Below are positions 53,838-63,456 of a stretch of DNA of 64,000 nt, piece by piece; the stretch's first letter is position 1; the number at the start of each line of letters is the position of its first letter. The notes beneath the pieces are model-generated. The model was not told where the DNA came from. It ran no database searches and saw only the letters and a list, made by a program, of their open reading frames with translations. A program made the translations under genes and the position numbers. The stretch comes from Bacteroidota bacterium (GTDB lineage: Bacteria; Bacteroidota; Bacteroidia; Bacteroidales; ML635J-15): NCBI GenBank assembly GCA_029564465.1, contig JAKQPY010000096.1, positions 15,025 through 79,024 of the forward strand. The letters are read 5' to 3'.

Positions 53838-54281
53838 TTATTGTTTAATGTATCTTTTCTCAACACTTGATTCAGTACGGATTTGATTGCTTCGCTCAAG
53901 CACCAGCCACATTTCGCTATTTGTCAAACGGGTTACATAATAATCCTGACAAAGACTGTCACCGGTAAGCATGTACGAAATATGCCGGTTATCGGGGTTG
54001 TATTGCCAACTACCGTTTTTCGAATAGGTAAGTTCTCCGTTACGGTAGCATTGCATTTCGAAAACCGATTGCTCTCCGAAATTGAGAATATATTGCGATT
54101 CTTCGTTGAACAACGAATCATCGGGCAAGTCGTTAATCAGGGCTGTTTCGAGAGTCCAAGCTCCGTTGATACGCGATTCAACCGATCGAAGACTCAGATA
54201 GGAACCCTCTTCGAAACTGGTACAGGAGCTGATAAAAATGAGGGCAAAGAATGCAAAAATCAGTAATCTTGTTTTTCTCAT
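53838..54281 (-). CDS. small lipocalin-like lipoprotein (hypothetical, tandem paralog)
   Basis: Lipobox FISSC. SLRSVESRINGAWTL motif. Same length class and layout as the downstream gene. Confidence 0.45.
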   Translation of the reverse strand: MRKTRLLIFAFFALIFISSCTSFEEGSYLSLRSVESRINGAWTLETALINDLPDDSLFNEESQYILNFGEQSVFEMQCYRNGELTYSKNGSWQYNPDNRHISYMLTGDSLCQDYYVTRLTNSEMWLVLERSNQIRTESSVEKRYIKQ

Positions 54282-54320
54282 TTTACTTTTGATAAAATTC
54301 CTGACAAATCTAAACGAATT

Positions 54321-54357
54321 TATTTATAAAACAAAATCCCGGTTTTGCCGGGATTTT
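54321..54357 (-). terminator. terminator after the T9SS cargo gene
   Basis: AAAATCCCGG (54333-54342) pairs with CCGGGATTTT (54348-54357), 21 nt past the stop. A T-rich tract follows on the minus strand. Confidence 0.55.
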
Positions 54358-54378
54358 GTAATGCGTTTTTTAAGGATT

Positions 54379-57300
54379 TTATTCCACGATCAGTTTTTTA
54401 ATACCGAATCCGTTTTCACCTTCGATTCTGATGAAATACAAACCCGAAGCCAGCGAACTGATGTCGATACTTCCATTGAAACTGTTGATTTCACTTGAAT
54501 AAACAGTTTTTCCTTCAGGAGTAACGATACTCAGCGATTTTAGGGGTAATTCCGAAACAACCTGAATTACGTCAGTGGCCGGATTGGGATAAATGGTAGT
54601 ACTTCTGCTTAATTCGGTTTCGATGGCTGTCGATTCCACAACATCCGAAGGAATACGGTAGTTAAGTGTGAATGCTCCATAAGAATACAGCATAACACCA
54701 ATAATATCGTAATGTGTACCCACTACTTCCTGAAATGTAAAGGCTCCGTTGTCTTTGCAGGTCAATGCGCCACTGCCATCGTTAACGGTCCATTCTCCAT
54801 ACGTATTCTGAAGAGTCATACATTCGGCATTCTGAACTTTAATCAGAACGCTTTCGTACATTTCGGTTCCAGCGGCAGCGGTAGTAACAACAACGGGCGG
54901 GGGAACAACCTCACCGATTGAAGTAACCTGATAATACGAAATGGTGGTTAACTCAGTCATTTCGAAATATTCCGAAACCTTACCGGTAACCATAACCTTA
55001 TCGCCAATGGCAGGTGTATTGTTCAGGTCGAAAATATACAAGCCATTCCATGCGCCATTGTCGTCCTGTACGAAATAACCTTCACCATAGGGTGTACCGT
55101 TAAATGAAGCAGTAACAACGCCTTCGATAGTAACAGTCTGATTTACAAGGGGCGATGCATAGGGTGAGGTTTCGCTGAACTGAATGTCATAAATCGGAGT
55201 GATATCAGGGCCGCTGAGGTCAACAGTAAAGGTTGAAGTTGCAGTAACAGCAGGACTCAGTGGTGCATTCGACATATTCACCAGTTGTGCGTTCAAAGTA
55301 TGCGATCCATCAGTCATGCCGGTTATGGCAGCGGTTGTTGTTGTAATATAAGTTATACTGCCACCATCAAGCTGGTATGCAATTTTTCCATCAGTACCCA
55401 GTGTAAAATTCGAAACTGTAAATACAGCTGTTGTTCCAGCACTGTACACGGTGGATGCATTGGCAGGGCTGGTAATCGAAAGCATTGGAGTGCTACTTAC
55501 TCCAAGATCAATTACATCCGCTGCGTCCCGGGGTAATAATTTACGTTCACTAAACGCAAAATCAGCCACACCGGTTACATTGTAGGTGTTGCCCAATACA
55601 GGGGTGTAATCATACAGTAAGTCATCAACCAATATAGCTCCAGAACCATCATTAACGGCCCATTGTCCGTAACTGTCGGGAGCTGCTGAATTAACGCCCT
55701 CAATCTGAACCAGTACTCCTTCGTACATTTCGGCACTGGCATCAGCAGTGGTTATTTCAGCTGGAGCACCAATGGTATTTCCCGAGTTAATCAATGTAAA
55801 TGTGGCAAACGAAATTTCGGTCAGGTTATTATATTCGGCAACGGTACCGTTAACCCAAACAGAGTCGCCCACAGCGGGACTCGGGGTGGTGTTGAAATAA
55901 ACATATACACCATTCCATGCTCCAACACCGTCCTGTATCCAGAATTTATCTCCGTTTTTAGCAACTACAACGCCCCTGGTGGTAACTTCCTGACCAACCA
56001 GTGGAGAATCACCTGAAGCTTCAGTAGTATATTGTATACTATAAATGGTGTTGTATTCGGGAACGCTGGTGTTAACTGTGAAGCTAACCTGAGCTGTTAC
56101 CGCTGGGCTTAGCGGGTTGTTGCTCATGTCAACCAGTTCGAGTGCAACCGTGTGCAATGCTTCCGAAAGACCAGTGAGTGCAATCGGGCTTGCAGTTGTG
56201 TATTGAGCACTTCCTCCGTCAACAACATATTTTACTCGTCCTTCGGTTCCTAAATCAAAATTAGTTACATTGAATGCCACATTAACGTCGGTTGTATTTA
56301 TAGTGGCATTGTTGGCAGGTGATGAGATATACAAATAAGGTTCTGTTGATGAAAACTGTGTCCACGATATATCGTCGATGGTAATCTGACTGTTAAAATC
56401 GCTTTCGCCAACGCATTTAATCATCATGGTAAAGCTACCTGCCACATTGATATTGTCAACTGCAAAAGTGTAGATGGTTTCGTCGGCACCGGTAAAAGCA
56501 CCAAAGCTTTCGGAAGTACCTGCAAGTTGTCCGTTTATGTAAAGTTCCAGCTGACGGGCTGTAGACCCGGTAAAGGCTTTACGCATTTTTACCTCGAAGC
56601 TGGCAATACCACCAGGGATTTGGCCTGATTCGAGCTTGCTGTCGGATGCACGACGGAGCATCAACCCGGTTCCGTTAATCGGATAATCACCTTCGTTGCG
56701 TGAATGATAGTAATTCCAGGTTATATCGTTATTGCCTACGAAAGAACCATCTCCATAAGTTGCTGTAGCAGTGCTGTTGTCGAAAGGTTCCATGCCACCG
56801 GGTGTAGTTTCCACACAAGTGAATGTAACTACGTCTGTAACTGCCGGGTCAAGAGCGTTATTACTCATGTCAACCAGTTCGAGTTCCACGGTATGTTCAG
56901 CATAGCTTAATCCTGTCAGTGCTATGGCGTTTGTGTTGGTTTGGTACGTGGTAGCACCACCGTCAACGCTTATAGCTACTTTCCCTTCAGTACCTAAATC
57001 GAAATTAGCTACTGTAAATGTAATGTTGACAGCATCGCTATTAATATTCTGACCTTCAGTAGGACTGGTTATTGTAATTGTTGGGTCGGTCGAAGGTATT
57101 TCGTAAATTACGTTCAGCGTAACTAAAACAGCCGGGTCTAAGGCTGTGCCTTCCATGTCAACCAATTGCAGTTGAATGGTGTTGTTGCCTTCGGTAAGAC
57201 CAGAGATATTGATGGGGCTGGTGGTGGTATATGACGGAGCACCGGAATTGAGAATGTATTCAACCTCACCATCAGTACCCAGCTCAAAATTTGCCACTTC

Positions 57301-57912
57301 GAAAACAACACTTACATTGTCGGCATTCACAATTGCATTATTTGCAGGTGAAGTAACATTAAGTTCGGGGTTAAGCTGAACTGTTCCCCAAAGCTCAAGA
57401 CTGGCATTTGCCAACAGGTTGGCGCCACCGTTTTCTGTATACACAATGTTGTCGATAATAACGCTGGCAGTACCTGCCCAACCTGCTGTAACATCGTAGA
57501 AACGAATTCTGATTACAGCGGTGGTTGCTCCTGCAGGAACAGTTCCTGTCAGGGTGTTGGTTTGCCAGTCAACTCCATCGGCTGAGTACCCCGTTGCATA
57601 ATTCGAGGGAGGGGTGATGTCGGTTCCCCAGAAAATGCCAATACGGCATCTGCCGGCAGGATCGTTGTCGAGAACATCGACCGAAGCCGAAAATGAAGCA
57701 CCTGCAGTTACAGCAATCGGATCAGAATCAATGTCCTGATTGTCAACACTTGTCCAGGTCATCAATGCAGCTTTCGACCCATCACTGACGTCACCGGTTT
57801 CCTCAACGGCAGTAAGCGCCGATGTGGTAATGGTCCAGTTCGTGGGAACGGTCTGTGCCATAACAAAGCCGAAGGCAACCATTCCCAGAATTAAAAAGAT
57901 AGCTTTTTTCAT
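54379..57912 (-). CDS. large modular cell-surface protein with T9SS type-A C-terminal sorting domain
   Basis: Signal peptide. Four roughly 87-aa repeats (SP.N...V...V.F.V.NF.LGT.G...Y..DGG...Y.T......GL....HT..L.LVDM.N..L.P.V). Two OB-like modules (IY.IQ....SPL.GQ.VT..GVV...). C-terminus TIYPNPATDVIQV...GLYFIRIEGENG...KKLIVE. Confidence 0.75.
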   Translation of the reverse strand: MKKAIFLILGMVAFGFVMAQTVPTNWTITTSALTAVEETGDVSDGSKAALMTWTSVDNQDIDSDPIAVTAGASFSASVDVLDNDPAGRCRIGIFWGTDITPPSNYATGYSADGVDWQTNTLTGTVPAGATTAVIRIRFYDVTAGWAGTASVIIDNIVYTENGGANLLANASLELWGTVQLNPELNVTSPANNAIVNADNVSVVFEVANFELGTDGEVEYILNSGAPSYTTTSPINISGLTEGNNTIQLQLVDMEGTALDPAVLVTLNVIYEIPSTDPTITITSPTEGQNINSDAVNITFTVANFDLGTEGKVAISVDGGATTYQTNTNAIALTGLSYAEHTVELELVDMSNNALDPAVTDVVTFTCVETTPGGMEPFDNSTATATYGDGSFVGNNDITWNYYHSRNEGDYPINGTGLMLRRASDSKLESGQIPGGIASFEVKMRKAFTGSTARQLELYINGQLAGTSESFGAFTGADETIYTFAVDNINVAGSFTMMIKCVGESDFNSQITIDDISWTQFSSTEPYLYISSPANNATINTTDVNVAFNVTNFDLGTEGRVKYVVDGGSAQYTTASPIALTGLSEALHTVALELVDMSNNPLSPAVTAQVSFTVNTSVPEYNTIYSIQYTTEASGDSPLVGQEVTTRGVVVAKNGDKFWIQDGVGAWNGVYVYFNTTPSPAVGDSVWVNGTVAEYNNLTEISFATFTLINSGNTIGAPAEITTADASAEMYEGVLVQIEGVNSAAPDSYGQWAVNDGSGAILVDDLLYDYTPVLGNTYNVTGVADFAFSERKLLPRDAADVIDLGVSSTPMLSITSPANASTVYSAGTTAVFTVSNFTLGTDGKIAYQLDGGSITYITTTTAAITGMTDGSHTLNAQLVNMSNAPLSPAVTATSTFTVDLSGPDITPIYDIQFSETSPYASPLVNQTVTIEGVVTASFNGTPYGEGYFVQDDNGAWNGLYIFDLNNTPAIGDKVMVTGKVSEYFEMTELTTISYYQVTSIGEVVPPPVVVTTAAAGTEMYESVLIKVQNAECMTLQNTYGEWTVNDGSGALTCKDNGAFTFQEVVGTHYDIIGVMLYSYGAFTLNYRIPSDVVESTAIETELSRSTTIYPNPATDVIQVVSELPLKSLSIVTPEGKTVYSSEINSFNGSIDISSLASGLYFIRIEGENGFGIKKLIVE

Positions 57913-58013
57913 AAGAGATTAATTTGATTATTTTCGATACAAAATTATTCCTTTTAATAACAGGAATCTGTTCAAAAGGTTAAATATTATTAGAATTTAT
58001 TAACGGTTTTTAA

Positions 58014-58781
58014 CTATTCCGTAATACCCAAAATGCTTTTATCAACGAGAATCCTCCCACAAAATTCACAGGGAATGATTTTCTTTCTTGAATTGATATC
58101 TAACTGGCGCTGGGGCGGAATCTTTGCAAAGCAACCACCGCAGGCATCACGTTCAACGGTTACAACAGCCAGGCCATTGCGGGCATTGTTGCGGATACGG
58201 TAGTAGGCATTGAGGGTTCTTGAGTCAATATAGGCTGCAACTTTATCAGCCTCATCTTTCAATTGTTGCTGATCTTTATAATTCTCTTTCACAATTTCTT
58301 CGAGTTCGGCCTTTTTTTGTTGCAAATCCTGTTTACGTTCTTCAAGCTGATCGAGCGATTCTTTGATAACAAAGTTTTTGTTTTCGATGGCAATATTGTA
58401 CTCTCTGATTCTTTTTTCGAACAGTTCTATTTCGAGGGTTTGAAATTCAATTTCTTTCGAAAGCGCATCATACTCACGATTGTTACGAACATTCATTTGC
58501 TGAGACTCATATTTTTTAATAAGCGACTGTGCACTCAGAATCTCGGTTTTTTTACCTGTGATTTGCTCGTTCAGGTTTTTTATGTCGTTTTCGAAATTTC
58601 CAATTCGGGTTTCCAGACCGGTAATTTCGTCTTCGAGGTCCTGTACTTCGAGGGGTAATTCGCCCTGAAGCATTTTTATTTGGTCAATTTTGCTGTCGAT
58701 GAGCTGTAATTGATATAAATACCGGAGTTTATCCTCTATGCTGAGGCTTGTATTTTCCTGCGTTTGCGCTGTTTTTACCAT
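58014..58781 (-). CDS. coiled-coil protein with C-terminal C4 zinc ribbon (COG1579 family)
   Basis: A long heptad-rich region followed by CGGC...CEFCGRIL. It lies immediately downstream of the Nif3-like gene, the usual conserved pairing. Confidence 0.7.
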   Translation of the reverse strand: MVKTAQTQENTSLSIEDKLRYLYQLQLIDSKIDQIKMLQGELPLEVQDLEDEITGLETRIGNFENDIKNLNEQITGKKTEILSAQSLIKKYESQQMNVRNNREYDALSKEIEFQTLEIELFEKRIREYNIAIENKNFVIKESLDQLEERKQDLQQKKAELEEIVKENYKDQQQLKDEADKVAAYIDSRTLNAYYRIRNNARNGLAVVTVERDACGGCFAKIPPQRQLDINSRKKIIPCEFCGRILVDKSILGITE

Positions 58782-58782
58782 T

Positions 58783-59877
58783 TCAGATAAATTTTATCGG
58801 ATTCGTATTAATATTTGAAAAACGGACTGCAAATGTAGAATTTATTTTTGAAAGTAAATCATAAAAAATCTCTTTTGTAAATTGTTCACTTTCATAATGC
58901 CCGATATCGAGCAGCCATAACTTTCCTTCAGCTTGAAAATATTGGTGGAAGCCAATTTCGGCAGTAATAAAAGCATCGGCTTTCGAAGCAAGTGCAGCCG
59001 GTATTAGCGATGCCCCACTGCCACCGCATAGAGCCACCCTGCGGATATTTTCCGGCAACATTTTATTGCTTTTCACGGTGCTGCAACCAAATATCTCTTT
59101 GATTAATCTGAGAAACTGCCTTCCCGAAATCGTTTGTTGTAATTCGCCAATGACGCCCAGTCCCGATGATGGGTCGCTATTGCCCAGCGGAATGATGTCG
59201 TATGCCACTTCTTCGTAAGGATGTGCAGCCAGCATCGACTGAATCAGTCCGGGCAGGTGTGCCTTATGTACTATGGTTTCGATTCTGATTTCCGGTTCAC
59301 GGTGCATTTCACCGGTGCTGCCAACATAAGGCTTGCAATTATCGCCTGCGCGGAAAGTTCCAAAACCGCTTGTATTAAAACTGCATTGGTCGTAGTTGCC
59401 AATATTTCCGGCACCTCCGGCAAACATGGCTTCGCGAACTGCATCGGCATGCGATTCAGGTACAAAGCATATCAGTTTTTGTAATCCCTGACTTGCCGGC
59501 ATCAGGCATCGTGTATCTACCAAACCCAGTTTCTCTGCCATCCGGTAACTAACCCCGCCTTTAACCATGTCGAAATTTGTGTGTGCTGCATACACGGCAA
59601 TGTCGTTTTTTACAGCATAAATAACGCATTCTTCCACCATGTTGCTTCCCGTAAGCTTACTCAGGGGTTTGAAAATTAGCGGGTGATGCGCAATAACCAG
59701 ATTGCAGCCCGATTGAAAAGCTTCCTGCAAAACTTCAGGTGTGATGTCGATACTGAGCAGTACGCCTTTAATTTCTGATTCACGATTCCCTACCAGCAAG
59801 CCGCAATTATCGTAACTCTCCTGATATTGCAATGGGGCGAAGTCTTCGATTATTTTAAGAAGCTCTATTATTTTCAT
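58783..59877 (-). CDS. Nif3-like dinuclear metal centre protein (with PII-like insert)
   Basis: LVIAHHPLIF, VYAAHTNFD and CGGSGAS...ADAFITAEIGFH motifs. 364 aa. Confidence 0.85.
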   Translation of the reverse strand: MKIIELLKIIEDFAPLQYQESYDNCGLLVGNRESEIKGVLLSIDITPEVLQEAFQSGCNLVIAHHPLIFKPLSKLTGSNMVEECVIYAVKNDIAVYAAHTNFDMVKGGVSYRMAEKLGLVDTRCLMPASQGLQKLICFVPESHADAVREAMFAGGAGNIGNYDQCSFNTSGFGTFRAGDNCKPYVGSTGEMHREPEIRIETIVHKAHLPGLIQSMLAAHPYEEVAYDIIPLGNSDPSSGLGVIGELQQTISGRQFLRLIKEIFGCSTVKSNKMLPENIRRVALCGGSGASLIPAALASKADAFITAEIGFHQYFQAEGKLWLLDIGHYESEQFTKEIFYDLLSKINSTFAVRFSNINTNPIKFI

Positions 59878-59935
59878 TCTTCATGATTTTTATAAGTGTG
59901 GAACAGCTGCCCTGACACTTGTACTCACCGTATAA

Positions 59936-60280
59936 TTACAAGGTGTCGCGTATCTCGGTCAGCAAACTTTTGATTTCTTTCAACTTGCTTACCACTTCAA
60001 AATTACGGTCAACGTCATCCTTATTCTCGCGTATTTTCTTCTTTGCACCGGCAAGTGTCATTCCCCGCTCTTTTACCAGATGGTAAATCAGATGAAAGTT
60101 TTCGATGTCTTTTTTTGTAAATAAACGATTTCCCTTTTTATTCTTAAAAGGCTTAATTATTTCGAATTCCTTCTCCCAGAACCTTATTAGCGATGCATTG
60201 ACATCAAACATGGCAGCTACTTCGCTGATTGAAAAATATAATTTTTCGATTTCTTTTTCTTTGTACGGCATATCATTCAT
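59936..60280 (-). CDS. MerR-family transcriptional regulator
   Basis: 114 aa. HTH segment YFSISEVAAMFDVNASLIRFWEKEF and ...RLFTKKDIENFHLIYHLVKERGMTLAGAKK. Confidence 0.8.
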   Translation of the reverse strand: MNDMPYKEKEIEKLYFSISEVAAMFDVNASLIRFWEKEFEIIKPFKNKKGNRLFTKKDIENFHLIYHLVKERGMTLAGAKKKIRENKDDVDRNFEVVSKLKEIKSLLTEIRDTL

Positions 60281-60442
60281 TATTGCAGTATCAAAAATGC
60301 AAAATTTTGATGAAATTGCAAAAATAATTTTCGTTTAACTTACAATTTATTGAGGTCACCTAAAGAGGTTTTACATTGATGCGAGAATGTAAATAATTGA
60401 ATTTCAAACAAATGCGATGTAATAAAAAAATCTGACAAAATA

Positions 60443-60473
60443 TTTGGTGGATAAAAAAATAGCTTTAATTTTG
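60443..60473 (+). promoter_or_regulatory. Bacteroidota-type promoter for the tRNA-Gly/tRNA-Leu pair
   Basis: TTTG at 60443-60446, a 19-nt spacer, TAATTTTG at 60466-60473, 10 nt before the tRNA 5' end. Confidence 0.45.
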
Positions 60474-60483
60474 CACCTCACAA

Positions 60484-60556
<73 letters not shown>

Positions 60557-60586
60557 CTTTTTTATTGTCAGTTCTTTTGACATGTT

Positions 60587-60672
60587 GCCCGAATGGCGGA
60601 ATAGGTAGACGCGTTGGACTTAAAATCCAATGACCAGCAACGGTCGTGCCGGTTCGATTCCGGCTTCGGGTA
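60587..60672 (+). tRNA. tRNA-Leu (anticodon TAA)
   Basis: 86 nt. Anticodon stem TTGGA/TCCAA with loop CTTAAAA, a long variable arm, and T-arm GGTTCGATTCC. The first acceptor pair is G-U. Confidence 0.88.
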
Positions 60673-60676
60673 CTAT

Positions 60677-60714
60677 AAAAAAAGCGCCTTACAGATATAG
60701 GGCGCTTTTTTTTT
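60677..60714. terminator. bidirectional rho-independent terminator
   Basis: AAAGCGCC (60681-60688) pairs with GGCGCTTT (60701-60708). It is flanked by A7 upstream and T-run downstream, and lies between the tRNA pair (+) and the convergent minus-strand gene. Confidence 0.7.
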
Positions 60715-60729
60715 ATCTGGTTCGGCTTA

Positions 60730-61164
60730 CTAGTGAGCGGTCTCAAAGGATTCTTCCATTTTATCTTCGAAATTCAAATTCTGCACTTTCCATTTATCAT
60801 TGGGCTTGTACATGACAATAATAATTTTTACCGGCTGACGGTCGTAACGCAACATATAGGTGTATCTGCGGTAGGAATCGCCTGCATACTCTAATTTCAT
60901 AAGTTCGTATCCATAGTAGTTGCCCAGTAATTTGCGAGATACTTCGAGCCGCTCTTTGATACTTCTGATACCATCCTGATTTGGGGCTATCAGTTCGTTG
61001 GTCGAGAACAGGTAATCGATGGCCTTATTCATATCGACCTTGAAGGTATCGAAAAAAACATCGATGATATCTTCGGCGTTTTGCTGTGCATGCAAAGCAG
61101 GTAATCCTGCAAATCCCACCAGGGCAACAATGATGATAAGTTTTTTCATAATATTTTTTTTCAA
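60730..61164 (-). CDS. hypothetical secreted protein
   Basis: 144 aa with signal peptide LIIIVALVGFAGLPALHAQQ. It lies downstream of an ECF sigma gene. No TM helix or anti-sigma motif. Confidence 0.45.
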   Translation of the reverse strand: MKKNIMKKLIIIVALVGFAGLPALHAQQNAEDIIDVFFDTFKVDMNKAIDYLFSTNELIAPNQDGIRSIKERLEVSRKLLGNYYGYELMKLEYAGDSYRRYTYMLRYDRQPVKIIIVMYKPNDKWKVQNLNFEDKMEESFETAH

Positions 61165-61250
61165 AGATATAAACTATGTATTACCGAATGCAGGATTCTG
61201 CAAAAAAAATGCCGTTATCGAAACAACAGCATGTATTGCATGAAAACGGG

Positions 61251-61838
61251 TCAGCGGGTCAGGGTAATCTGGTTTTCTTCAATCAGTTTGCGCATGTTAA
61301 TCAGGGCATAGCGCATGCGACCCAGAGCTGTATTAATGCTTACGTTGGTGTGGTCGGCAATTTCCTTGAAACTCATGCCGCCGTAATGCCGCATAAGAAC
61401 AACCTGCTTCTGATCTTCGGGCAGCAATTCGAGTACACTGCGGATATCGGTGCAGATCTGCTCATCAACCAAACGGTCTTCGATGTTGGCATCCGAAAAC
61501 TTATGTGAATTAAACAAATCCACCTCGTTGTCATCGTTCGAGCGTGTATTCAGGTTACGCTCTTTCCTGAAATAGTCAATGGTGAGGTTATGGGCAATAC
61601 GCATCACCCACGGTAAAAATCGTCCTTCGTCTTTATAGCGACCCGATCGCAACGACTGTATCACTTTCATGAACGTATCCTGAAACAAATCGTTGGCAAC
61701 ATCACGGTTGCGCACCGACATCATCAGGTACGTAAACACTTTCGATTTATGGCGTCTGATTAAGATTTCCATGCTTGCATCATCGCCTTTAACAAACCTC
61801 TCTACCAGTTCTTGATCCGTAAGTTTGCGAATGTCCAT
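61251..61838 (-). CDS. ECF-type RNA polymerase sigma-70 family factor
   Basis: Region 2 (VANDLFQDTFMKVI...WVMRIAHNLTIDYFRK) and region 4 (MSFKEIADHTNVSINTALGRMRYA). Confidence 0.8.
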   Translation of the reverse strand: MDIRKLTDQELVERFVKGDDASMEILIRRHKSKVFTYLMMSVRNRDVANDLFQDTFMKVIQSLRSGRYKDEGRFLPWVMRIAHNLTIDYFRKERNLNTRSNDDNEVDLFNSHKFSDANIEDRLVDEQICTDIRSVLELLPEDQKQVVLMRHYGGMSFKEIADHTNVSINTALGRMRYALINMRKLIEENQITLTR

Positions 61839-62307
61839 CTTCGTTAGGTTTTGGTTAAATGCGTAGATCTTTTCTTATAGCATGGTCTCCTTTCTTTTTA
61901 AGTTTTTTTATCTATACGTTACAACCCAAAAATGGTTGCGTAAATATACATGTTTTTTTACAACAGATAATCTTTTTACAAAAATTATACCTTAATTTTT
62001 AATAAAATCCGTGAATCACGTAACTCAGAGATTTTTACCTATAATGTAAGTTTTTGATATTGAGATGATGAATGTTGTAAACTCACACAGCACACGGTTA
62101 TCGTAGAATCAATGCTCCCACGGAGACACAGTGCTCATTTGTAAAAATAAATTCAAAAATGTTCACCTGCCATTTTGATGCTATACTATGTAATTATTAA
62201 AATCACATGACGATAACATTTAGTGAACTAAGAGCTACTTACAACCTGTTGAATAATCAAGTACAGATGATTTATACCGATTTACCAGTGTATGGATCTT
62301 TGTATTT

Positions 62308-62760
62308 TTATCCTTCGAAACCTGTAGCCATATGAGAACCATCGCAGAAGGGTTTGCCCTGTGATTTGCCACAGCGGCAGATGTATTTATCCTGTCCGGC
62401 TTTCAACTCTTTGCCCTGCGCATCGGTGAGGATTACTTCTTTGGGAAGCAACAATGGCCCGTTGCTGAATACTTTAGCGGTTACACTGGTCGTCTCTTTT
62501 TTGTTGTCCATATCGTTTTGGTTTTGTTGTTTGTTTTTTAGTGCATCGTTCCATCGCCAGGTTAAAGCATCCGTCGGACACAGGTCTACAGTCTCAATTA
62601 TTGCATCGGTTTCGGCCTGATCGAGTACAATCCATGGACGTTTATTCGGTCGGAAAACCTTTGGAAGCCGGGCAAAACATACCGTGCTGTGAATGCAAAG
62701 ATGGGGTTGCCAGGTTACGGTAATATCTGCGTTACTGTAGTCTTTTTTTATTTTGTCCAT
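62308..62760 (-). CDS. Fe-S protein: divergent 4Fe-4S mono-cluster domain + CDGSH iron-sulfur domain
   Basis: N-terminal VTWQPHLCIHSTVCF...CPTDAL and C-terminal CRCGKSQGKPFCDGSH. Confidence 0.75.
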   Translation of the reverse strand: MDKIKKDYSNADITVTWQPHLCIHSTVCFARLPKVFRPNKRPWIVLDQAETDAIIETVDLCPTDALTWRWNDALKNKQQNQNDMDNKKETTSVTAKVFSNGPLLLPKEVILTDAQGKELKAGQDKYICRCGKSQGKPFCDGSHMATGFEG

Positions 62761-62953
62761 GACGACTTTTTGGTTTATAACAAAAATACAGATTATTTGG
62801 TTCAGTAAATATTACATTTTTATTTTTAACTCCGTATACAAAAATGTAGTGTTGAAGCACTTGCTTATAAAGTTATAAGGGTTTATAATATAAAAATAAT
62901 TTGAATGGCTTGTTGCGTTGAACAATTTGCGATATTTGCGGTTAGAAAACAAA

Positions 62954-63406
62954 ATGAAGGCGCGAAAAATATATGCATTGTTTTTTGCCTTGCTGATATC
63001 AGCCGGTAGCATTGGTTTTTTTATAATTGACCACTATTGCAAACTGTGCCACATCGAAAAATTGGAATTCAGTGTGTTAAACGGCTCGGAACACGAACAT
63101 CATCATCATGCCTGTACCCATGCTATTGGCGAATGTAATCAGTGTGCTTGCGAGACCAGCGATGATTCTGAATCATGTAGCAGCTATTATTTTACTGTTC
63201 CGGTTGTCCAGACAATTGTTTATGATAAAATTACTCCCGGGGTAATCGACCTCTTGCCCTTACTGAGTTTATATTTTGGTGAAACCGGATTGTCAGATAA
63301 AGGCAGAATAGCTGAATATAACAATAATAAACGACTTCATTTACCTCCTTTATTGGGTTTACTTAATCAGTCTGATCCCGAAAATGTCATGTCTTTCAGG
63401 TTATGA
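62954..63406 (+). CDS. small membrane-anchored His/Cys-rich protein (possibly HYC_CC_PP-like metal-binding family)
   Basis: N-terminal TM helix followed by DHYCKLCH, the His-rich tract SEHEHHHHACTHAIGECNQCAC, and a C-terminal LPPLL. It lies directly upstream of a TonB-dependent receptor. The family assignment is from memory only. Confidence 0.45.
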   Translation: MKARKIYALFFALLISAGSIGFFIIDHYCKLCHIEKLEFSVLNGSEHEHHHHACTHAIGECNQCACETSDDSESCSSYYFTVPVVQTIVYDKITPGVIDLLPLLSLYFGETGLSDKGRIAEYNNNKRLHLPPLLGLLNQSDPENVMSFRL

Positions 63407-63456
63407 GAGCGCAATAGTGAATTGCTTACTGTTGTGTAATTTTAACTTGAAATACT

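Noticed and set aside
61176-61508. 110-aa plus-strand ORF
   Set aside because: It is antisense to the ECF sigma gene, which has clear region 2 and region 4 motifs.
61839-62307. 469-bp ORF-free AT-rich spacer between the CDGSH gene and the ECF sigma gene, considered as an ncRNA, riboswitch or repeat locus
   Set aside because: I found no repeats, no convincing hairpin-terminator and no recognisable riboswitch core by eye. It probably holds the sigma promoter, but I cannot support a specific feature.
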